64,000 nt of DNA from an uncultured bacterium (GTDB taxonomy: Bacteria; Patescibacteriota; Microgenomatia; Levybacterales; UBA12049): the NCBI GenBank assembly GCA_963826535.1, contig CAWGXL010000011.1:192809-256808 (forward strand). Reading direction: 5' to 3'. Below the pieces are notes generated by a model. That model did no database searches. It was not told where the DNA came from and was given only the letters and a program-made list of their open reading frames with translations. Each line of letters opens with the position of its first letter. The first letter of the stretch is position 1. The translations under genes and the position numbers were made by a program. This document shows positions 58,627-64,000 of the stretch, piece by piece.

Positions 58627-59517
58627 TTACTTTGGAATATAGCTGGTGAAAATCTCTGAGCAGTTGTGGGCGTGGCAGGCGATGCAGCTGTAGGTGTAGT
58701 CTGCTAAGATTGCGTCGCGGTGGATTTTGTCGTTGATCCACCAATTAAATGCGTGTTGCTCGGTTGTAAAATTGATTATGTTTTCATTAACGTAATAAGG
58801 CAGATTCATTGCTCTTAAGCCTGAGTGCATGGCGCTGTTACCGTAGATTTCATTGTAAACCTCAGGGGCTCTGTTTTGGGCGATGGCACAGACTGCTTCG
58901 TCTTTTTTAAAGGGGGGTAGATCAAAAGTGCTTCTATAATTATTGACCATAGCAAACAATTCATTTGCGTTAAGCCCGTTCACAGGCGCTGCTTGCTTAG
59001 TAATAGTCGGAATTGGAAAAGGAGTTGGGGTGGGCGTACTGGTAGGTTTGGGGGCTTGCCCCGATTGAACTTTGATTTTTTCACTGGGTTTTGCGGTTAC
59101 AATCGGGGTATCGGGGGAGCCCGGGGTGGGCGTAGACGTTGGTTTTAATGTCGGCTTGGGCGCTCGCTCCGATTTTATCGGGGTTAAAGTCCCTGCTGTT
59201 GGGAGGTTTGAAGTGGGTATTAAAATTTTATCTTCTGCAGGTGCACGATGTACTGATGAAAGGATATTGGGGGCCTGCCCCGATTTTATCGAGGTTGGGT
59301 ATAAGGTAATATTCTTTAGTTCCTTTTCGAGTGCCAAAACTTCCATTTCCATTTTTTGAAGCTCGGGGTCGTGGCCTGATTTAAGCGGAGCCGGAGTAGA
59401 TTTAATAACAACTTTCTTAATAATTGCTGAGTTACTTTTGTTAATTGGCAGCCCCGGAATAATACTTGAGGTAAAAGTACTCGCCATTAAGAAAAATGAA
59501 GTCAAAAGCTCAAACAT
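58627..59517 (-). CDS. Secreted CAP (SCP)-domain protein with Pro/Thr linker
   Basis: VNNYR...L, EN, WWINDKIHRDAIL; N-terminal signal; PTPTP linker. Confidence 0.75.
   Translation of the reverse strand: MFELLTSFFLMASTFTSSIIPGLPINKSNSAIIKKVVIKSTPAPLKSGHDPELQKMEMEVLALEKELKNITLYPTSIKSGQAPNILSSVHRAPAEDKILIPTSNLPTAGTLTPIKSERAPKPTLKPTSTPTPGSPDTPIVTAKPSEKIKVQSGQAPKPTSTPTPTPFPIPTITKQAAPVNGLNANELFAMVNNYRSTFDLPPFKKDEAVCAIAQNRAPEVYNEIYGNSAMHSGLRAMNLPYYVNENIINFTTEQHAFNWWINDKIHRDAILADYTYSCIACHAHNCSEIFTSYIPK
59054..59390. repeat. Four degenerate CCCCGAT-TTT-ATCGGGG palindromic units, in-frame in the CAP linker
   Basis: 59273 GCCTGCCCCGATTTTATCGAGG, 59162 GCTCGCTCCGATTTTATCGGGG, partial copies at 59054 and 59368; encode (I/L)KSGQAP-like peptides. 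Confidence 0.55.
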
Positions 59518-59572
59518 ATTATTACTATACCATTTTTTGCTAATAAAATTTATCTATCCCAGCGTAGAAGGG

Positions 59573-60085
59573 TTAGGGAGTGTATCGGAATGAATGGGCG
59601 ATTTGGTCGAGGTCGGAGAATAATTCTTTAAATTCTGTTTTAATCGAGAAAACCCAGCTATTAGCGTAAATTGAATAGTATGTCTCTTCTCCAATTTTCT
59701 CTTTTACAGCTTCATGATTATTTATTACTAGTTTTTCTTTTTCTTTGATAATTAGATTGTTTTTTTGATTTAAATCATTTAGGTATCCTTCTAGAGAATT
59801 ATAGTTTGTTCCTGCTCTAGACAAAACAATTTCACGTTTTCCATTTTTTTCTTTTAAGGTAATCGTTCCGAATTTTTCTTCAACTGAGTAATTTACGGGC
59901 ACATCAATTGTAATTTTAAGAAGTTTTGATGTGTAACTTCTTGTTAACTCTTGTGAATTGGTTGCACTATTATCTACTTTTGTTATTTGATTTCGCGGTA
60001 GAATATAGTAGCCAAGAATAATGATAATAATGACTACACCCAATAGCCATAAATAGTTTTTATTTCCTTTTGTATTCTTTGCCAT
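59573..60085 (-). CDS. Membrane-anchored hypothetical protein (PsbP/DcrB-like fold possible)
   Basis: N-terminal TM; ITIDVPVNY ... DQIAHSFRY pattern. Confidence 0.55.
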   Translation of the reverse strand: MAKNTKGNKNYLWLLGVVIIIIILGYYILPRNQITKVDNSATNSQELTRSYTSKLLKITIDVPVNYSVEEKFGTITLKEKNGKREIVLSRAGTNYNSLEGYLNDLNQKNNLIIKEKEKLVINNHEAVKEKIGEETYYSIYANSWVFSIKTEFKELFSDLDQIAHSFRYTP

Positions 60086-60086
60086 A

Positions 60087-62924
60087 TTAATATTTATATT
60101 TCAGACTACCTTGTTGAGTAAATAATTGCAATAGAATAATGCCAGGCTTGATTTCACTTGTGTAGGTGGTAGTACCAGGACTTTTGGTATAGATTTTTGT
60201 TGTGTTGCTTGAAGACGAATAAAGTGTAAAGATTTTTTTGTCATCTTTGAGACTGTAATATTGATCCAATTGTTTTATTTTATTGGTTTTATCAGTAAGA
60301 GCCAGGGTAAAAAAGACATTTGGGTCAAGAGATAGAGATGGGTTGCTATTGTATTGCAGACTATTAACGTTTAGTGCAACTTGCTTATCAATCTTTACTT
60401 TACCAATGGTTAAGAGAAGCTTATTGCCTGCCTGATCGGCAATAGTGTATTTCGGGCGAAGTGGTTGGGTTTTATCAACTGTAAAGGTGGTTGATCCCAA
60501 ATTATCTTTTCCTGTAACTATACTGTCAAAACTTGATAAGTCGTAACCGATTTGTGCTTCGGGTGAAGTTTTATCAATATTTATTCCATTAAAGTTTAAT
60601 TCACTTTTATTCCCTGCATTATCTTCACAAATACTTTTTACCGACTGATTCTTGCCCTCGGTTTTTACAATAATTGGTTCACTAACTATTTTTACACCTG
60701 AAGTATTGTCTGTGCAATTAAACTTAACTTGCACATCTGCATTGGTCCATGAACCACTAGCATATGGTAACCCTTTTGTAAAAGCAACGGCAGATAAGGT
60801 TGGGGGTTTTGAATCATATTTGAAATTAAATGAAGTAGAACCGATATTTCCCGCTTTATCGGTACAATATCCCTCAACGATAGCATTCTCATTATCCGGT
60901 TCTTTGTAGATGATTGATTCTGTGCAGTTGTCAATTCCTGAGTCGTAGTCCTGTCCGGTAAATGAAATAGTTACCGGATGATTATACCAGTCGTTTGTGT
61001 CAGGGGTTCTATCAGCAGATGCTGATAAAGCCGGTGGAGTTTTATCGATGTCAAATTCTATTGAATTTATGTCCTCAATGTTACCATCGTTATCTTCAGA
61101 GTAATATTCAATTTTATGATGGCCTTCGGTAGTAAACATAAGTGGGTCGGAATATTTTTGCCAATCCCCGCTCTCCAGTTTATAAGCGGTATATTTGACT
61201 CCCAAACCCCCATCATTATCTATAGAATTAAAAATTAATTGAGTCTCAGATCTGAACCAATTCAACTGTCCTTTTTCGCCTTGTAAATCTGCGCTCGTTG
61301 TGGGAGCAATTGTATCCAGTCTTTCTCCCATTAGGGCAAAATATGTCAGGTGGTCTACTTGAGCGCTTGCTTTATTATTGAGAAAATTAATTAATGATTC
61401 TTCTTTTACCCAATTCTCGCGATCTGTGCTTGAGTAAATAGATAAAGAACCTATCTTATAACGGGAAATATCGGCTTGCGTGAAGTCAATAACCACAAGC
61501 ATTGGATTAGTTAGAATAGTTATTAAGGAGCCAAGGGGGTCTTTAAGTATAATATCCATTACAGATCCGACAGATTCCAGATTGTCTGAGGATTTTGCTG
61601 CGGGTGCAGCTTTCATTTCAATAGTTGATCCAACAGCTACCGTGTTTGCTGGAAGCTCGACCAAGTATTTTCCTGTTTTAAAAATAACCCCATTGGCAGG
61701 AATAGTTGCGTCAAGTGCATCAAGCTTTTTATTCCATAGATAGTAACTTTTATTTCCGGTTTTCTGCTTGCTATTATAGATGAAGGAATAATTTTCCCAC
61801 GGATCTTGGTCTATAGACTGCCAGCCAAACGGATCAACAAGTCCATCAGGAATATTGTCTTCAAAATTTCCGTCCTTGTTCTTGTCTTCAATTACCATAA
61901 AATGGATATGGGCACCAACTTCTCCAGCCGGACTCACGTTTCCTGTGAAACCTACTTTGCCAATAATTTGTCCGGAATTTACACTGACAGGCTGATTTGG
62001 AGTGTGTGTAATAAGACCTTTATGATCCAGATGATAGTATCTTGTTTGGAATCCGTTTTCATGATCTATATGAATGGCATTGCCACATGCACCGCAAGTA
62101 TTTACAAAGGTAGCAATGCCAGATGCTGCTGCAAGGACATTGTCTTCAAATTCTACTTCGGCAGGGTTTCCGTAGTCATAACCATCATGGCGGGAGTAAC
62201 TTAGTCTAGTACTTATTTCATTTTTATAAGTTGTAATTTGGTTTAAAAAATCTTTAGGTTCGATTAGTCCACTACTTAATAATGGATATGTATGATCAAA
62301 AAAGGTATTAATAGACATTGCCGCCTCATTAAAGTCCATTCCTTTTTCTTCATAATCCCACGGTAAATCGAGGAATGGTTGAGGGGGTGTGGGGGTGGGT
62401 GGAGATGTAGGGGTTGGCGTGGGAGTGGGGGTTGGTGATGGGCCGGGGGCGTTGGTGTTTACTAGATGTATTGGGTCGCTGGCTATGCTGAAACCACAGA
62501 TATCGTAGAGCGCAACATGCACTCTGTTTGCTCCGACTCCAAAGAGGTGGGTGATGTCTTTGGGTGGAAAGGAATCAAGTTGGGTGCAGTTTGTTTGATA
62601 TGAATGGGTAAATGATAATGGCGAGCTATTGTCTCTGGTAACTGTGATATTAATCGCATCGTCGGCCCAGGTATTACCCGAACCATCGGAATTGCGGCTG
62701 AGTATAATATTGCCAGAGGTATAATTAATAATGATATCCTTTTGAAAAAACGTCTCACCAACAGTTGTAGGCGGACGCGCTGGAACACCGGAGGTGATAA
62801 GGTAGGGAAATGTTGCGGCAAGTGCTTTCTGTGGAAAGATAGTAAATAATAATATAAGAATCAGAATAATACGAGAAAAGTAGTAAAATTTAGTAATAGG
62901 ATTGTGAAGATTTCTCATTTTCAT
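60087..62924 (-). CDS. Secreted M23 metallopeptidase with Ig-like repeats
   Basis: Signal peptide, PT linker, HDGYD, YYHL and HIHF M23 motifs; DTIAP, DKTPP and DSKPP Ig-like repeats. Confidence 0.8.
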   Translation of the reverse strand: MKMRNLHNPITKFYYFSRIILILILLFTIFPQKALAATFPYLITSGVPARPPTTVGETFFQKDIIINYTSGNIILSRNSDGSGNTWADDAINITVTRDNSSPLSFTHSYQTNCTQLDSFPPKDITHLFGVGANRVHVALYDICGFSIASDPIHLVNTNAPGPSPTPTPTPTPTSPPTPTPPQPFLDLPWDYEEKGMDFNEAAMSINTFFDHTYPLLSSGLIEPKDFLNQITTYKNEISTRLSYSRHDGYDYGNPAEVEFEDNVLAAASGIATFVNTCGACGNAIHIDHENGFQTRYYHLDHKGLITHTPNQPVSVNSGQIIGKVGFTGNVSPAGEVGAHIHFMVIEDKNKDGNFEDNIPDGLVDPFGWQSIDQDPWENYSFIYNSKQKTGNKSYYLWNKKLDALDATIPANGVIFKTGKYLVELPANTVAVGSTIEMKAAPAAKSSDNLESVGSVMDIILKDPLGSLITILTNPMLVVIDFTQADISRYKIGSLSIYSSTDRENWVKEESLINFLNNKASAQVDHLTYFALMGERLDTIAPTTSADLQGEKGQLNWFRSETQLIFNSIDNDGGLGVKYTAYKLESGDWQKYSDPLMFTTEGHHKIEYYSEDNDGNIEDINSIEFDIDKTPPALSASADRTPDTNDWYNHPVTISFTGQDYDSGIDNCTESIIYKEPDNENAIVEGYCTDKAGNIGSTSFNFKYDSKPPTLSAVAFTKGLPYASGSWTNADVQVKFNCTDNTSGVKIVSEPIIVKTEGKNQSVKSICEDNAGNKSELNFNGINIDKTSPEAQIGYDLSSFDSIVTGKDNLGSTTFTVDKTQPLRPKYTIADQAGNKLLLTIGKVKIDKQVALNVNSLQYNSNPSLSLDPNVFFTLALTDKTNKIKQLDQYYSLKDDKKIFTLYSSSSNTTKIYTKSPGTTTYTSEIKPGIILLQLFTQQGSLKYKY

Positions 62925-63005
62925 TATTATAGTTATACGAGAGTTGTAACTATTTATAATATAGAGATAATAGTTGGGATTTGTCAAGTAAGAATATACT
63001 TATGT

Positions 63006-63710
63006 CTAGGGATGCTTTACTGTGTTTTCTCTAAAACTGAAGTAGGAATTGCGGCCGATTATTAGGTGGTCGAGCATGTTGATGCCCATGATTTTGCCTG
63101 CTTCGAAGAGGAGTTTGGTTACTTTGGTGTCTTCGTCGGAGGGGTCGGGGTCGCCGGAGGGGTGGTTGTGGGCGACGATGAAGGCGGCGGCGTGGCGGCG
63201 GATGGCGGCTTCTAGGGTTTCTCTGGGATGGACGAGGCTTGAGGTGAGGGTGCCGATAAAAATTGTGTCTATGGCGAGAATTTGGCTTTTGGTGTTGAGG
63301 GAGATGACGACAAAATGTTCTTTGGCTGAGTTTCCGATTTTGTTCTTAACAGAGGAATAAATTTCTTCTGGTGAAATTGGTTTTTGTTTGCTTTTGATTG
63401 TTATAGGAATGGAATTTCGCTCGAGACGGCGGGCTAATTCCAGACTGGCTTTGATCTGACAGGCTTTGGCAAACCCCAGACCTTTTATGGTTTGAAGATC
63501 TTGCAGGGAGGCTTCATTGAGTCCTTCTAACGATCCGAAATGGCTGAGGAGTTTTTGGCTGGTTGTTATGACGGATTCGCCGGCGATGCCCCGTCCAAGA
63601 ATGATTGCGAGTAATTCATGGATTGAAAGTGCATCCGGTCCTAGGTTGGCAAGCCGTTCTCTGGGGCGTTCTTCGGGTGGCAGGTCGCGGATGGTATAGG
63701 TATTTCTCAT
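63006..63710 (-). CDS. radC: RadC (JAB domain) protein
   Basis: ERPRERL, ELLAIIL, VHPRE, HNHPSGDPDPS..D, LDHLII. Confidence 0.93.
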   Translation of the reverse strand: MRNTYTIRDLPPEERPRERLANLGPDALSIHELLAIILGRGIAGESVITTSQKLLSHFGSLEGLNEASLQDLQTIKGLGFAKACQIKASLELARRLERNSIPITIKSKQKPISPEEIYSSVKNKIGNSAKEHFVVISLNTKSQILAIDTIFIGTLTSSLVHPRETLEAAIRRHAAAFIVAHNHPSGDPDPSDEDTKVTKLLFEAGKIMGINMLDHLIIGRNSYFSFRENTVKHP

Positions 63711-63830
63711 ATGATTAGAGTAGCAGAGAAGTTAGTTTTGCTCAATAATTAAAAAAGGTTCACTTCAATTTATGTAACTAATAAAAAAACGCTCAATTGG
63801 CGGTTTTATGCGTTCCTTATAAACAAGTAT

Positions 63831-64000
63831 TATTTAGTCTTTGAACTAAACTCATTTGTTGCTTGCCAAGCTAAATTATTTGCTGCATTAAAGTCCTCTC
63901 TAGTAACAATTTTTATCCGTTGTCCGGGTTGATATCCTAATTCTTCAGCAAGGCGAGTTCGTGATTGTCGGGAAACTATTGCCAGTCTCAATCTATCATT
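63831..64000 (-). CDS. 3' end of a gene entering from beyond the window
   Basis: Open frame ...RLAEELGYQPGQRIKIVTREDFNAANNLAWQATNEFSSKTK*. Confidence 0.4.

Noticed and set aside
57806-58732. Diversity-generating retroelement TR/VR pair (repeat at the 3' end of a secreted-protein gene)
   Set aside because: Only 3 of 10 differences fall at adenines of the putative template on the coding strand, and there is no reverse transcriptase or Avd gene in the window.
1-64000. Alternative genetic code (UGA=Gly), tRNA/rRNA genes, prophage or IS element
   Set aside because: Conserved genes are full-length in code 11 and several end in TGA. No tRNA cloverleaf, rRNA, integrase, transposase or phage structural gene was recognised by eye.

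Overview
64-kb bacterial window read in the standard genetic code (TGA is used as stop). The gene content points to a Patescibacteria/CPR genome, probably Microgenomates; this is inference from the CPR-type pilin domain, the GT-C array, a short IF-2, Cys-rich repeat proteins and Pro/Thr-rich secreted proteins. Left to right: (1) an AT-rich surface-polysaccharide cluster (GT4s, a GT4-deacetylase fusion, DUF2206-like membrane protein, acyltransferase, methyltransferases, flippase); (2) an ACT-like regulator divergent from dapB-dapA; (3) a PIN/RHH TA pair; (4) recQ divergent from a LexA/UmuD-like - 85 aa - DinB mutagenesis cassette with two identical GAAC-N4-GTTC operators on a consensus promoter; (5) five tandem ArnT/PMT-like GT-C glycosyltransferases next to an 882-aa Cys-rich pilin-domain protein; (6) glnA, a UbiA-family gene, nusA-infB (frameshifted)-degenerate DHH, Zn-ribbon/Cys-rich genes, GH18, fni, VapBC, solitary fusA and dus; (7) a defence-like island with a BrnT-type TA, a PD-(D/E)XK nuclease, a direct-repeat-flanked RusA-like cassette, a type I RM system carrying an ABC-ATPase/TOPRIM (PARIS/OLD-like) gene in the PrrC position, and a RelBE-like cassette flanked by a duplicated gene end; (8) a CAP protein, an M23 peptidase and radC. 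Several families of palindromic elements occur, some inserted in-frame in proteins. No rRNA, tRNA, CRISPR array, integrase, transposase or reverse transcriptase was recognised. Family assignments come from motif recognition by eye, not database searches.
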